A stretch of 64,000 nucleotides of DNA from Candidatus Cloacimonadales bacterium (GCA_963662655.2 CAXXTU010000002.1:544001-608000), one strand, 5' to 3'. Positions 26,849 through 37,286 are shown, numbered from the stretch's first letter. Numbers and translations: made by a program. Notes: generated by a model from the letters alone, not told the origin.

Positions 26849-29671
26849 ATGCGTTTTTTTATCAATCTTAAATCGAGTGCAAAGTCTTTTATCGGCCTTA
26901 CAACGCTGTTCGCGCTATTACTCGTAATCACCCTGATGAGTATCACCGCGTTTCAGCATCTCAACAACAATGTCGTCAGTGCAGTCGATCACGTTTTACC
27001 GTCGGTTCATTTGCTCTCTGAAATCGATAGAGACTTGCAGCAAACGCTCGTCGCGGAACGATCCATACTCCTGGCGACTCCGGGAACGGACGAGTTCAAC
27101 GGATTCGTCTCTGACATGGAAACGAATATTGAGCAGACGGAAGAACGGTGGCAGGAATTCAGGAAAGTATTCGACCTCACCACCGAAGACAAGTTGATAC
27201 AAACTTATGAGTCGAAGCGGAAGGAGTGGCTGCCGATTACAAGAAGAATCCCAGCTATCCTGCAACAGCAGACTGACACAAGCTATCAGGAAGCAATGGC
27301 GCTGAGCTATGGCCATGCGGCAACCGTCTTCGAAGAGATGCGTGATGCTATCGATGTGCTGGGACAGAAGTCATGGGAGCATGCGGGGTTCGTCAAGCAG
27401 AGGTCGCACGAGGTATATTCAAGCAACCATTTGCTCTTGATCTCATTGCTCATCGCCGGAATTCTCGTTTGGATCGGGCTCTCGATCTTCATTAACTACA
27501 CGGTTTCCAAATCGATCAAGGAAGTTATTTCTGGAATGTCTCAAATCTCCGACAGTATCCTGAACGGTAAGCTCGGAGAAAGAGTCGATCCGTCAGCCTT
27601 TGTTCCCGAGTTCAGACCCATCGGTAACGGAGCAAACGAAATAATCGAAGCCTTTGTGCGTCCTATCAAAGTAATGCAGGAGTACATCGAGAGAATATCA
27701 ACAGGAAGAATTCCGACCCCAATTGATGAGACCTACAATGGAGATTTCGATAAAATCAAAACAAGCCTGAATGTGTGTATCAATACACTCACAACCTTGC
27801 TCAGTGACGTTGAGCATTTTGTCGTGGAGGCTGAACATGGCCGCCTCATGACTCGTGCCGATGCAAGCGTCCAGCAGGGAGATTACAAACGGCTGGTCGA
27901 AGGAATCAATGCCGTCGTAAACACGATTTTGACAATGGTAGACTCCGCGCCTTGCCCATTTATGATTATCGATAGGGAATTCAATATCCAATTCATGAAC
28001 AAAACCGGCGCGGACCTCTTACAGAAAACTCAGGTAGAACTCGTTGGCAAGAAATGTTACAATCATTTCAAAACCCACGATTGCCAGACTGATAAATGCG
28101 CACTCGGCAAGGCTATGAAATCCGGAACAACGCACAGAAGCGAGACAAAAGCAAATCCCGTTGGGCTGGACCTCGATATCAGCTACGAAGGAGTACCGAT
28201 CAGAGACCGATCTGGGGATGTCGTCGGTTCTCTCGAAATCGTGATGGATCAAACAGATATCATGAATGCAAGGCGTTTGTCCGATAAAATTACTCGCTAT
28301 CAGGAAGAAGAGGTTACCAAGCTGGTCGACCGGCTTCAGGACTTGGCAAACGGCAACCTCGAATTCGAAACAACCACCGCGGAAACCGACAAAGACACGA
28401 AGGACACGGGCAGCCGCTTCATGGCGATCAATCAAAGCCTGGATGGCGTCAAGAAAGCGCTGGGGCAGTTGACTGCCGATGCACAGGAGCTTGTTCAGGC
28501 AGCGCTCGATGGAAACCTCAAGAGCCGTGCAAGAGCCGATAAACACCGCGGTGAGTACAAACAACTGGTTCAGGGGATCAATCAGCTCCTCGACGCCATC
28601 ATCGATCCGATCAACGAAGCGATGACGGTCATGGCCGATCTGGCGAACAAGAACCTCACCGCTCGCGTGCAGGGAGATTACATGGGCGACCTCGATGTGT
28701 TCAAGCAGAACATCAACGACGCCGGTAGCAATCTGGAAGACGCTCTCAGTCAGGTGGGGCGAGCCGTGCAGCAAATCACCGCTGCAGCCGGTGAGATTTC
28801 CAATGGCAGTCAATCGCTCGCAGCCGGATCGTCACAGCAGGCCAGCTCTCTGGAAGAGATTGCTTCGAGCCTTGAGGAGATGAATTCCATCACGTTAAAC
28901 AATGCGGATAACTCGAAGCAGGGGATGGACCTTTCAGAGCAATCATTACTGCATGTGCGCAAGGGTAACGATGCGATGGTCCGCATGAACAAGGCAATGG
29001 AATCGATCGCCAAATCCGCCCAGGAAACCAGCAACATTATCAAGACGATCAACGACATCGCCTTCCAGACCAACCTGCTGGCGTTGAATGCCGCCGTTGA
29101 AGCGGCCCATGCCGGTGAGGCGGGAAAGGGATTTGCCGTGGTTGCTGAGGAAGTGAAGAACCTCGCTCTCCGTAGCGCGGAAGCGGCGAAGAATACCGAC
29201 GAACTGATCGAGACGTCATTGAAGAATTCCGAGGATGGCGCGAAGATTGTTGAAGAAGTATCGCATTCATTCGAGAACATCCAGTCGAGCTTCTCAAAGG
29301 TTAACAACATTGTGAAGGAAATCTCTGTTTCTTCCGACGAACAGGCTGAAGGAATTCGGCAGATAAATGTCGCCGTCGGTGAGTTGAATAAGGTCACACA
29401 AGGCAATGCCGCGAACGCCGAGGAATCGGCAAGCGCTGCGGAGGAGTTGAACTCACAATCGGCAGAGCTGAAGACGATGGTCGAGGCGTTCCAGCTATCG
29501 AACTCGATCTCGAAGCGACCGGTGGGTCGACGCATGGACGATCGAGTGAAAATAACCGAGGTTTACAAGAGCAAAACGCTGCCTGCCCCAAGCAAGAACT
29601 CGAACAAATATGGCAACAAAGACATGGAAATCATATTGCCTGACGAAGGGGAGGCAAACGGAGATTTCTAA
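26849..29671 (+). CDS. Methyl-accepting chemotaxis protein (four-helix periplasmic domain, HAMPs, PAS, signalling domain)
   Basis: Two TMs, '[37 protein letters not shown]', a PAS-like insert and an acidic tail ending in Phe. Confidence 0.95.
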   Translation: MRFFINLKSSAKSFIGLTTLFALLLVITLMSITAFQHLNNNVVSAVDHVLPSVHLLSEIDRDLQQTLVAERSILLATPGTDEFNGFVSDMETNIEQTEERWQEFRKVFDLTTEDKLIQTYESKRKEWLPITRRIPAILQQQTDTSYQEAMALSYGHAATVFEEMRDAIDVLGQKSWEHAGFVKQRSHEVYSSNHLLLISLLIAGILVWIGLSIFINYTVSKSIKEVISGMSQISDSILNGKLGERVDPSAFVPEFRPIGNGANEIIEAFVRPIKVMQEYIERISTGRIPTPIDETYNGDFDKIKTSLNVCINTLTTLLSDVEHFVVEAEHGRLMTRADASVQQGDYKRLVEGINAVVNTILTMVDSAPCPFMIIDREFNIQFMNKTGADLLQKTQVELVGKKCYNHFKTHDCQTDKCALGKAMKSGTTHRSETKANPVGLDLDISYEGVPIRDRSGDVVGSLEIVMDQTDIMNARRLSDKITRYQEEEVTKLVDRLQDLANGNLEFETTTAETDKDTKDTGSRFMAINQSLDGVKKALGQLTADAQELVQAALDGNLKSRARADKHRGEYKQLVQGINQLLDAIIDPINEAMTVMADLANKNLTARVQGDYMGDLDVFKQNINDAGSNLEDALSQVGRAVQQITAAAGEISNGSQSLAAGSSQQASSLEEIASSLEEMNSITLNNADNSKQGMDLSEQSLLHVRKGNDAMVRMNKAMESIAKSAQETSNIIKTINDIAFQTNLLALNAAVEAAHAGEAGKGFAVVAEEVKNLALRSAEAAKNTDELIETSLKNSEDGAKIVEEVSHSFENIQSSFSKVNNIVKEISVSSDEQAEGIRQINVAVGELNKVTQGNAANAEESASAAEELNSQSAELKTMVEAFQLSNSISKRPVGRRMDDRVKITEVYKSKTLPAPSKNSNKYGNKDMEIILPDEGEANGDF

Positions 29672-29687
29672 GGAATAGAAGCAGTGA

Positions 29688-29803
29688 GAGCTGTTTCACC
29701 ACACCAGAGCGGGTGTTTTTAATAATCTTACCCTAACCACTGTTAAAACAGTGCGTTACAGGGTGTTGCGGGGCTCAATGGTGGTTTCATGGTGAAACAG
29801 CTC
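29688..29803. repeat. 116-bp element with 14-bp terminal inverted repeats (MITE-like or long terminator hairpin)
   Basis: GAGCTGTTTCACCA ... TGGTGAAACAGCTC with nested internal stems, followed by a T run. Confidence 0.5.
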
Positions 29804-30009
29804 GTTTTTTTTGTGAATCCGCCCGATGGTTTTTGTTGCGAATTATCTGGTTTGGGTTAGTTTAATCTTAGGACTCTTACAGGTGTTCATAAAAGTTGCC
29901 AGCATTGTGATTACCAGAACGGAATTCATATTAATCTTATTCATGCCGGAAAGATTAACGACAGAGGATATCTATAAATAGCGTGAGCACATATTCGTCA
30001 GGAGGTACT

Positions 30010-30528
30010 ATGGAAAGTTATGCCACGAGTCGTCCAATCGAGCGTAGCACGAAATATCTAACATTCTTCTTGAAAGATCAGCCCTATGGCGTCAACGTAG
30101 AAAACATTCTACAGATTATTGCCATCCCCGAGATCACCCCCATCCCGCAAACTCCACCATACATCAAGGGTGTAATCAATCGAAGTGGAAAGATTACGCC
30201 GGTGATGGACTTGCGGCTCCGTTTGGGGCTGCCCGAGCGTGATTACGATGACCGCACAAGCATCATCATCGTCAAAGTGAACGTGAACGGTACTCAGGTG
30301 TTCATGGGCTGGATTGTCGATAACGTTCTTGAGGTTATCGATATCGATGCGGAACATGTGGATGAGCTTCCGTCGGTTGGTACCTCGATCGATAACAGGT
30401 ACATCGAAGGAATGGCCAAGATAAAAGGGAAGGTGATAACGCTCCTGAATCCCGAAAGAGTGCTTTCGAAGGAAGAACTTATAAAAATGAAGAACCTGCA
30501 ACAAGAAAAAAGTCATACTGCAAAATAA
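30010..30528 (+). CDS. cheW: Chemotaxis coupling protein CheW (copy 2)
   Basis: Closely similar to 26251..26766. ATG at 30010 follows a GGAGGT RBS. Confidence 0.92.
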   Translation: MESYATSRPIERSTKYLTFFLKDQPYGVNVENILQIIAIPEITPIPQTPPYIKGVINRSGKITPVMDLRLRLGLPERDYDDRTSIIIVKVNVNGTQVFMGWIVDNVLEVIDIDAEHVDELPSVGTSIDNRYIEGMAKIKGKVITLLNPERVLSKEELIKMKNLQQEKSHTAK

Positions 30529-30557
30529 AAAATGGGAATAACACGAGGAGATACAAA

Positions 30558-33530
30558 ATGAAGAATTTAACCATTGGAAGGAAAGTACTTTTTCTGGTTG
30601 CGGGAATTGTACTGTCAATATGTCTTATCCTTGGGTTCATTAATTTCAGGGAAGCTTCGTCCGCGTTGATCGACAGCATGGAGCTGACTTTGGTTGAGCT
30701 TGCCAAGACCGCATCGACCAGTATCCGTTTGAAGCTGGACATCTACTTCGCTCAAATCGAAACCATAGCGAATCGTAACGTTTTGAAATCGGGAGACTGG
30801 GAGCAACAGCGAATTGCACTTCTCGAACAAGTTGAGAAATCGGATTTCAAAGCGATGGCCGTTGTCGATCGCAACGGTAATGCTTCATATCCCGATGGCA
30901 ATACTGCCCAGTTAGGTGATCGAGAGTACTTCCAGAAAGCTCTGAAAGGCGAGACCAACATCAGCGATGCGATTACAAGCAGGGTTTCCGGAGAGGTTGT
31001 GTTTATTGTGGCAACTCCACTGCGGAGTGTAAACAACCAGATTCAGGGCGTTCTGATCGGTCGTTTACCGGGGACATTCCTTACCGACGTAACCGATGCG
31101 CTGGCTTATGGTGAGAAGGGTTACGCATACGCTGTAGATCAGCGAGGCGCGATGATCGCGCACAAGAATCGCGATTTGATCATCAATAAAGTCAGCTACA
31201 TCGAAGAAGCGAAAAAAGACAAGAAATACGCCGAGCTTGCTGCACTCTTGACCCGCATGACCAACGGCGAAACGGGAACGAGTAACTACTTCTACGAAGG
31301 CGAAGTCCGCTACATGGGTTATGCGCCGGTGGAAGGGACCACCTGGTCGATCGCGATGGGATCTTACGAGTCGGAAGCGCTTGCTCCGGTGCATAGTATG
31401 CTGGTTATCGTTATCATTTCGTCGCTTGCATTGGGCGTGATCTTTATCCTTATTGCGGTATTCCTCAGCAGATCGATTGGAAATCAGATCAAGAAGGTCA
31501 ACACACAGATTCAGGACATCGCGGACGCGGTTCTTCAGGGCCGTCTCAACGAGCGCGCCGATGTCGACGCGATTGCCGTCGATTTCAAGGGTTCCGCCGA
31601 GAGTATCAACCATCTGATCGATGCGTTTGTAAAACCGATAACCATGACGCTGGAATATCTGGATTCGATTTCGAAGGGCGAAATGCCTTCGCAGATTACC
31701 GAGACCTATCATGGCGATTTCAACAAGATCAAGGCGAGCTTGAATCAGCTGATCGAGGTGATTGCCGGATTGCTCGGCGAAACGAACATGCTCATTCAGG
31801 CCGCATCGGACGGTAACCTAAAGGTTCGTGGTAACACTGCGAAGTTCCAGAACGCATGGCAGGATATGATCACGGGCGTGAACAGCTTGTTCGACGCGTT
31901 TGTTCGCCCCATCAACCTGACCGCGGAATACGTAAAGAGCATTTCTACCGGTGAGATTCCCCCCATTATCACCGATACATACAAGGGCGATTTCAACGAA
32001 ATCAAGAACAACTTCAATCAACTGATCAACATTATGAACGGGCTTCTGGGCGAAACGAACATGCTCATCCAGAGCATCAAGGACGGTAAACTCGATGTCC
32101 GCGGAAACGACGCGAAGTTCGATAACGCCTGGAAGGATCTCCTCAAGGGTATCAACGACCTCGTCGTTGCCTTCGTGGAGCCGATCAATATTACTTCCGA
32201 ATACATTCAGAGAATCTCGATCGGTGACATCCCTTCCCTGATCAAATCCAACTTCAAGGGTGATTTCAATGTCATTATCGACAACCTGAACCAGCTCATC
32301 AACATCATGAACGGGCTTCTCGGCGAGACTACGACCCTCATCGACGCGGCGAAGAACGGCAAGCTCAAGGTTCGCGGAAAGGACAAGCAATTCCAGAACT
32401 CTTGGCAACAGCTATTACTCGGTATCAACCAGTTGATGGACGCGATTGTCGATCCGATCAATGAAGTGATGGACGTGATGGGACGTTTGGCCCGTAAGGA
32501 TATGACGGCTCGAGTAAGAGGAAACTACAAGGGCGATCTTAATATCTTCAAGCAGAACGTGAACAACGCCGGCGACAACCTCGAAGACGCGTTGAGCCAG
32601 GTTGAGCGCGCCGTGCAGCAGATCACTGCGGCGGCGGGTGAAATCGCCAACGGAAGCCAGTCGCTCGCGGCCGGGTCTTCCGAGCAGGCAAGCTCGCTCG
32701 AAGAGATTGCCTCCAGCCTGGAAGAGATGAACTCTCTCACGCTGAACAACGCTGAGAATGCCAAGCAGGGCATGGAGCTTTCCGAGCAATCGCTCGTTCA
32801 CGTAAGGACCGGTAACTCCGCGATGGATCGCATGAACCACGCGATGGACGCGATCAGCAAATCCGCAAGAGAAACCAGCAACATCATCAAGACGATCAAC
32901 GACATCGCTTTCCAGACCAACCTGCTCGCCCTGAACGCTGCCGTGGAAGCGGCGCACGCGGGTGAGGCGGGTAAGGGATTCGCCGTTGTTGCGGAAGAGG
33001 TGAAAAACCTTGCGCTGCGTAGCGCGGAAGCCGCACAGAACACGGATGAATTGATCGAAGCTTCTCTAAAGAATTCCGAAGACGGCGCTAAGATCGTAGA
33101 AGAGGTCAGCGCTTCATTCGAGAACATCCAATCGAGCTTCTCGAAAGTGAACAACATCGTCAAAGAGATATCAATATCTTCAGAAGAGCAGTCGGAAGGT
33201 ATCCGCCAAGTGAACGTCGCCGTGGGCGAACTGAACAAAGTGACCCAGGGCAACGCGGCGAACGCCGAGGAATCGGCAAGCGCAGCGGAAGAGCTCAACT
33301 CTCAGGCTTCCGAGCTCAAGACGATGGTTCAGGAATTCGAACTCTCGAACAGCTCCGGCCCGATGACGCGGCGTAACAATGACATCCGTCAGGTTGCACC
33401 GCCTCAGAAGAAAGCGTCCCTTCCAGCGACTCCCAGGAACAACGCCGGAAGCAAATACGGTAACAAGGATATGGAAATTGTTCTCCCGATGGATGATGAC
33501 TACGATGGTGATGGAGATGGCGATTTCTAA
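30558..33530 (+). CDS. Methyl-accepting chemotaxis protein (dCache sensor, poly-HAMP)
   Basis: dCache motifs '[10 protein letters not shown]', 'GEKGYAY..D..G.MIAH' and 'GTTWSI'; 91-aa HAMP repeats; MCP signature. Confidence 0.95.
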   Translation: MKNLTIGRKVLFLVAGIVLSICLILGFINFREASSALIDSMELTLVELAKTASTSIRLKLDIYFAQIETIANRNVLKSGDWEQQRIALLEQVEKSDFKAMAVVDRNGNASYPDGNTAQLGDREYFQKALKGETNISDAITSRVSGEVVFIVATPLRSVNNQIQGVLIGRLPGTFLTDVTDALAYGEKGYAYAVDQRGAMIAHKNRDLIINKVSYIEEAKKDKKYAELAALLTRMTNGETGTSNYFYEGEVRYMGYAPVEGTTWSIAMGSYESEALAPVHSMLVIVIISSLALGVIFILIAVFLSRSIGNQIKKVNTQIQDIADAVLQGRLNERADVDAIAVDFKGSAESINHLIDAFVKPITMTLEYLDSISKGEMPSQITETYHGDFNKIKASLNQLIEVIAGLLGETNMLIQAASDGNLKVRGNTAKFQNAWQDMITGVNSLFDAFVRPINLTAEYVKSISTGEIPPIITDTYKGDFNEIKNNFNQLINIMNGLLGETNMLIQSIKDGKLDVRGNDAKFDNAWKDLLKGINDLVVAFVEPINITSEYIQRISIGDIPSLIKSNFKGDFNVIIDNLNQLINIMNGLLGETTTLIDAAKNGKLKVRGKDKQFQNSWQQLLLGINQLMDAIVDPINEVMDVMGRLARKDMTARVRGNYKGDLNIFKQNVNNAGDNLEDALSQVERAVQQITAAAGEIANGSQSLAAGSSEQASSLEEIASSLEEMNSLTLNNAENAKQGMELSEQSLVHVRTGNSAMDRMNHAMDAISKSARETSNIIKTINDIAFQTNLLALNAAVEAAHAGEAGKGFAVVAEEVKNLALRSAEAAQNTDELIEASLKNSEDGAKIVEEVSASFENIQSSFSKVNNIVKEISISSEEQSEGIRQVNVAVGELNKVTQGNAANAEESASAAEELNSQASELKTMVQEFELSNSSGPMTRRNNDIRQVAPPQKKASLPATPRNNAGSKYGNKDMEIVLPMDDDYDGDGDGDF

Positions 33531-33551
33531 CCGATAAACCATAAATAAGTG

Positions 33552-33584
33552 AGTCCGCCTCTCGTACGAGAGGCGGATTTTTTT
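33552..33584 (+). terminator. Rho-independent terminator after the second MCP
   Basis: TCCGCCTCTC-GTAC-GAGAGGCGGA followed by a T run. Confidence 0.85.
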
Positions 33585-33693
33585 GTAGAACATGTTTCGA
33601 GCCGGGAATCTTTATGTTTGCAAATGGAGTCGTAACTTTTTTCATTGATCTTTTTTTCCGCAGATTCTAAAAATGTCATAAAGGAGAAACCCT

Positions 33694-34500
33694 ATGAAAC
33701 GATACATTCTCTTGATCCTCGTTATTCTTGTGGCGATGCAATGCCTTGGCCAGGGGTACCCCGATGTGAAGGATCCCACGCTTTTGATGCCGGTAAGCTG
33801 GCAGCAGAATTCCGCCGAGTATCGCGCCTTGTGTTACCAGGCGTACAACGTGGCCACATTCAGGTTGGAGCAAATGCTGGCCCGGCCAGCCGAACTCACC
33901 GACAGGCAACAGAAACCGGCGGTGGTTGTGGACATCGACGAGACGGTTCTGGATAACAGCCCGTACAATGGGGAAGACGCGTTGAACGGCACAATATACC
34001 CCGATGACTTCGCGATTTGGAACCAGGCCGCGAAAGCTACGGCAGTCCCGGGTGCGATCGATTTCCTCAAGTACGCCGACGAGCGCGGCTGCGCGATTTT
34101 CTACGTTTCCAACCGCAACGATAGTTACAAAGAAGGAACGAAAAGGAACCTCGATATCCTGGGCTTTCCTCAGGTCGACGATGAGCACGTGATGCTCCGC
34201 GCCGGAAGGGACACCAAGGAAAAGCGACGGGAGCGCATCCAGGAGAATCATGATATCCTGCTTTTAGTCGGCGATAATCTTAGCGACTTCGAACAGGTAT
34301 TCAAGACAGCCGACAGCAGCGCCGACAGGCTGAGAATGACCGACGATTGGCGACAAGAGTTCGGTAACCGTTTTATCGTGCTGCCCAACGCCATGTCTGG
34401 AACATGGCTCAAGCACGTTCTGGATTTCAAGCGAAACTTGCCCGTCGAAGAGAAGATCAGACGCCTCAAAGATTCAATAGAAGGATTCGAGAAAGAATGA
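33694..34500 (+). CDS. 5'-nucleotidase / class C acid phosphatase, lipoprotein e(P4) family (HAD)
   Basis: 'WQQNSAEYRALCYQAYN', 'DIDETVLDNS', 'FYVSNR', 'LVGDNLSDF' and 'FIVLPN'. Confidence 0.9.
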   Translation: MKRYILLILVILVAMQCLGQGYPDVKDPTLLMPVSWQQNSAEYRALCYQAYNVATFRLEQMLARPAELTDRQQKPAVVVDIDETVLDNSPYNGEDALNGTIYPDDFAIWNQAAKATAVPGAIDFLKYADERGCAIFYVSNRNDSYKEGTKRNLDILGFPQVDDEHVMLRAGRDTKEKRRERIQENHDILLLVGDNLSDFEQVFKTADSSADRLRMTDDWRQEFGNRFIVLPNAMSGTWLKHVLDFKRNLPVEEKIRRLKDSIEGFEKE

Positions 34501-34682
34501 TTCTACGCAAGCTTCAATCATGTCCGTATTGTGAGTCGGGTGATTTTACCCGGCTCATGCGCATCGGATTGATGAGACTGTTTCCCAATGGCAGGCACCA
34601 CGAGTGCATGGCCTGCGGGAATCGGTATTTCCTGTTCCTCAAGAAGTATGCACTGGGGCTGAGTCCCACAGAAAAGCCGTAG
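34497..34682 (+). CDS. Small putative zinc-ribbon protein (61 aa)
   Basis: ATGA overlap with the upstream stop; CPYC...CMAC motif. Confidence 0.55.
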   Translation: MILRKLQSCPYCESGDFTRLMRIGLMRLFPNGRHHECMACGNRYFLFLKKYALGLSPTEKP

Positions 34683-34685
34683 CGT

Positions 34686-35024
34686 TTATACCGCTGTACA
34701 GGTTGACAGCATAAGCATAATCCCGATGATGACTACGATGTGGATTGCGCTGATGATTGCCATTTGCTTCAGCTCGATCCGCAGCAGAAACGACAGGAAT
34801 GCTGTCTGAATCGCGAAACAAGCCAGACCGCGCACGAACACGGGTATGGATGGTATCGATACGCCAATGATGTAGACGATGATGGTCGAAACCAACACTT
34901 TCACGAAGAATTCACGGAATCCAGGGATCGCTCCCTCTCCTGCCACAACACGAATGAGAGCCGCGAGGATCCCGAGGTTGAGAAACAGGAAACACACAGC
35001 TAATATAAACGGCGCCAATATCAT
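34686..35024 (-). CDS. Hypothetical small multi-TM membrane protein
   Basis: Hydrophobic 112 aa; paralogous to the adjacent 35026..35337 ORF. Confidence 0.6.
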   Translation of the reverse strand: MILAPFILAVCFLFLNLGILAALIRVVAGEGAIPGFREFFVKVLVSTIIVYIIGVSIPSIPVFVRGLACFAIQTAFLSFLLRIELKQMAIISAIHIVVIIGIMLMLSTCTAV

Positions 35025-35025
35025 G

Positions 35026-35337
35026 TCAGCCCCCTATCGATCTTAGTTTTAAAGAGAACAAGACGAAAAATCCTTGATGTATCCCGCATACGATGGCCGT
35101 TTGCTTGAATTCCAATTGCAATAGTATCGATAAAGCTACGACCATGAGGATGAACCGAACGGCAATCGACAATATGATGTTGACTGGGTTCAGGAAGAAA
35201 CCGGCAAAACCTGTGATCAGCGAAGTGATAAGCACTTTGAACGCGAGCTCTCTGAAACCCGGCAGTGACGACTCTCCGGCAACCAGATAGAGGATTGCGC
35301 TGAGAACCGTAGCAGATAGAAGAAATCCCAAAATCAT
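35026..35337 (-). CDS. Hypothetical small multi-TM membrane protein
   Basis: Shares 'VAGE...PGFRE...KVL' and 'E.KQ.AI...IH' with the downstream paralog. Confidence 0.6.
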   Translation of the reverse strand: MILGFLLSATVLSAILYLVAGESSLPGFRELAFKVLITSLITGFAGFFLNPVNIILSIAVRFILMVVALSILLQLEFKQTAIVCGIHQGFFVLFSLKLRSIGG

Positions 35338-35640
35338 ATGCTAGCCTCGATTTCATTGCGTTTGCTTTCACAAAATCAACCCCATCATTAATGAAAGTCA
35401 AGGAAAAAATGACGGTATTGGCGAACAAGGATTGATGAGAGGGGTGCAAAATTTCCAGTGTCACTTTGCACCCATTTTCCGAGACCACGTCTTCCACATA
35501 ATGCTTGACATTCATAAACCGTTGAAATCGAATTTTGTCTGACTTGCGGGACAGGAACATTGGGGTTTTTGTAGAATAGGGAAATATCTTGTTTCTAAGC
35601 AAATCCCCGTTTCCCAGCCTGACTATTCACCAAAGAGAGG

Positions 35641-37266
35641 ATGTTAATCATGAAGAAGTACGGAATGCTACTCGGGTTGATGCTGATAGTATTGAGTTCT
35701 GCCGCTCAGAGCATGGATTGGCAATGGGTTTCAACTTATGGAAGTGGAGATTGGGATAGCGCTTACGATATCGCTGTCGATGACCAGGGATTCATCTATA
35801 CTACGGGAACTTTCAAGGGATTGGTCCAATTTGGAGATACCGAATTGCAATCTGCTGGAGCAGGCGATGTTTTTGTTACGAAACACGATTCTTTCGGGAA
35901 CCTTGTATGGGCTGTCAGGGCCGGAGGTTCGAGTGATGAGAGCGGTACCGGCATCGCAGTCGATGGCAATGGCAATATTTTTGTTCAGGGAACGTATCAG
36001 GGTTCGGCCATTATCGGATCCGTGACATTGAGCGGCTATGGTGGAACCGATATTTTTGCAGCCAAGCTCAATCCCGGCGGAGAATGGCTGTGGGCCATCG
36101 GCGCAGGATCGAATTACTGGGAGAGTCCCGCAACGATTGATGTAGATTCATCCGGTAATGCATACGTAGTTGGCTTTGCAGGACCAAGCTCCGTGTTCGG
36201 TGATTTGACGATGGGTTCGAACGGATACCACGATATCTATGTGGCAAAGATCAGCAGCAGCGGCGCCTGGCTCTGGGTTTCGAATGCCGGTGGAAGCAGT
36301 CAGGACTATGGACGCGATATCGCAGTTGCTTCCAATGGCGATATCTATGTTACCGGTAGTGTTTTTCTTTCGGTAACTGCCGGAACCTTCACTTTCAATG
36401 CGAATCACTACGACGTATTCGTGGGGAAACTCAATCCAGCCGGTGAATGGATCTCGGTCGCCAGATCCTCCGGGGCTGCACCCGAGTACGCCGAGGCCCT
36501 GACCATTGCCAACGACGGCAGTGTTTATGTCAGCGGTTATTTCTATACGCAGATGGGCGCGTCTGTCTTCGGGACACACTCACCGGGTGTGTATGGCGTA
36601 CAGACCATTTTCCTCTCCAAACTTTCCAGCGCAGGCGGATGGTCATGGGTTCGAAGCGCAGGCGGTGTCGGTGAATATTCTCAGGACAACAAAGGATATG
36701 CCCTGGACACGGATTGCGAAGGAAATGTCTATATGACAGGAATTTACGATTATACAGGCACCTTCGGCGGAACTCAGTTGCCCACCGTTGGTGTTTACGA
36801 CATGTTTCTAACAAGTTTCGACAGCGGCGGTAATTGGAGATGGGTAACAAGCGCGGGTGGATATGGAGCCGACCTCAGCTATGGTATTGCTGTCAGTTCT
36901 GTCGATGAGATGGTAATGTGCGGATATATTGGTAGCATAGGATTTTTCGGAGATATCACTTCCCCGTTCGGAGGAGAATACGATGCTTTTCTCGCCAAGT
37001 ATGGTCATGGCGCAGCAGCAGCGCCCAAAGCTCCGGAGAACCTGAACATCGAGCAGATGGGTAACGATGTTTTGCTTACATGGGATCCCGTGATCGCCGA
37101 TACAGACGATAATCCGATCACACCCACCGGATATCAAATCTATTATCATGATCGACCCGAAGGAGAATTCGTCTATCTCGGTCAAAGTGCGACCAACCAG
37201 TTTGTTCATCCGAATGCACACACAGCAGACCGAAGCTTCTACAAGGTTACCGCGATAACTGAATAA
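35641..37266 (+). CDS. Secreted beta-propeller (SBBP-repeat-like) protein with an Fn3-like C-terminal domain
   Basis: Signal peptide; repeated 'IAVD..GN.YV.G...DIFVAK....G.W.W...AGG' units; C-terminal 'PENL.I...V.LTWDPV...FYKVTA'. Confidence 0.8.
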   Translation: MLIMKKYGMLLGLMLIVLSSAAQSMDWQWVSTYGSGDWDSAYDIAVDDQGFIYTTGTFKGLVQFGDTELQSAGAGDVFVTKHDSFGNLVWAVRAGGSSDESGTGIAVDGNGNIFVQGTYQGSAIIGSVTLSGYGGTDIFAAKLNPGGEWLWAIGAGSNYWESPATIDVDSSGNAYVVGFAGPSSVFGDLTMGSNGYHDIYVAKISSSGAWLWVSNAGGSSQDYGRDIAVASNGDIYVTGSVFLSVTAGTFTFNANHYDVFVGKLNPAGEWISVARSSGAAPEYAEALTIANDGSVYVSGYFYTQMGASVFGTHSPGVYGVQTIFLSKLSSAGGWSWVRSAGGVGEYSQDNKGYALDTDCEGNVYMTGIYDYTGTFGGTQLPTVGVYDMFLTSFDSGGNWRWVTSAGGYGADLSYGIAVSSVDEMVMCGYIGSIGFFGDITSPFGGEYDAFLAKYGHGAAAAPKAPENLNIEQMGNDVLLTWDPVIADTDDNPITPTGYQIYYHDRPEGEFVYLGQSATNQFVHPNAHTADRSFYKVTAITE

Positions 37267-37286
37267 ACGACCCTATACGAATTTTG

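Noticed and set aside
35442..35473. 9-bp inverted repeat GGGTGCAAA/TTTGCACCC in a divergent intergenic region
   Set aside because: It could be an operator, but it occurs once and no regulator can be assigned.
35021..35602. 193-aa minus-strand ORF
   Set aside because: It overlaps the better-supported membrane-protein paralog in another frame and has no motifs.
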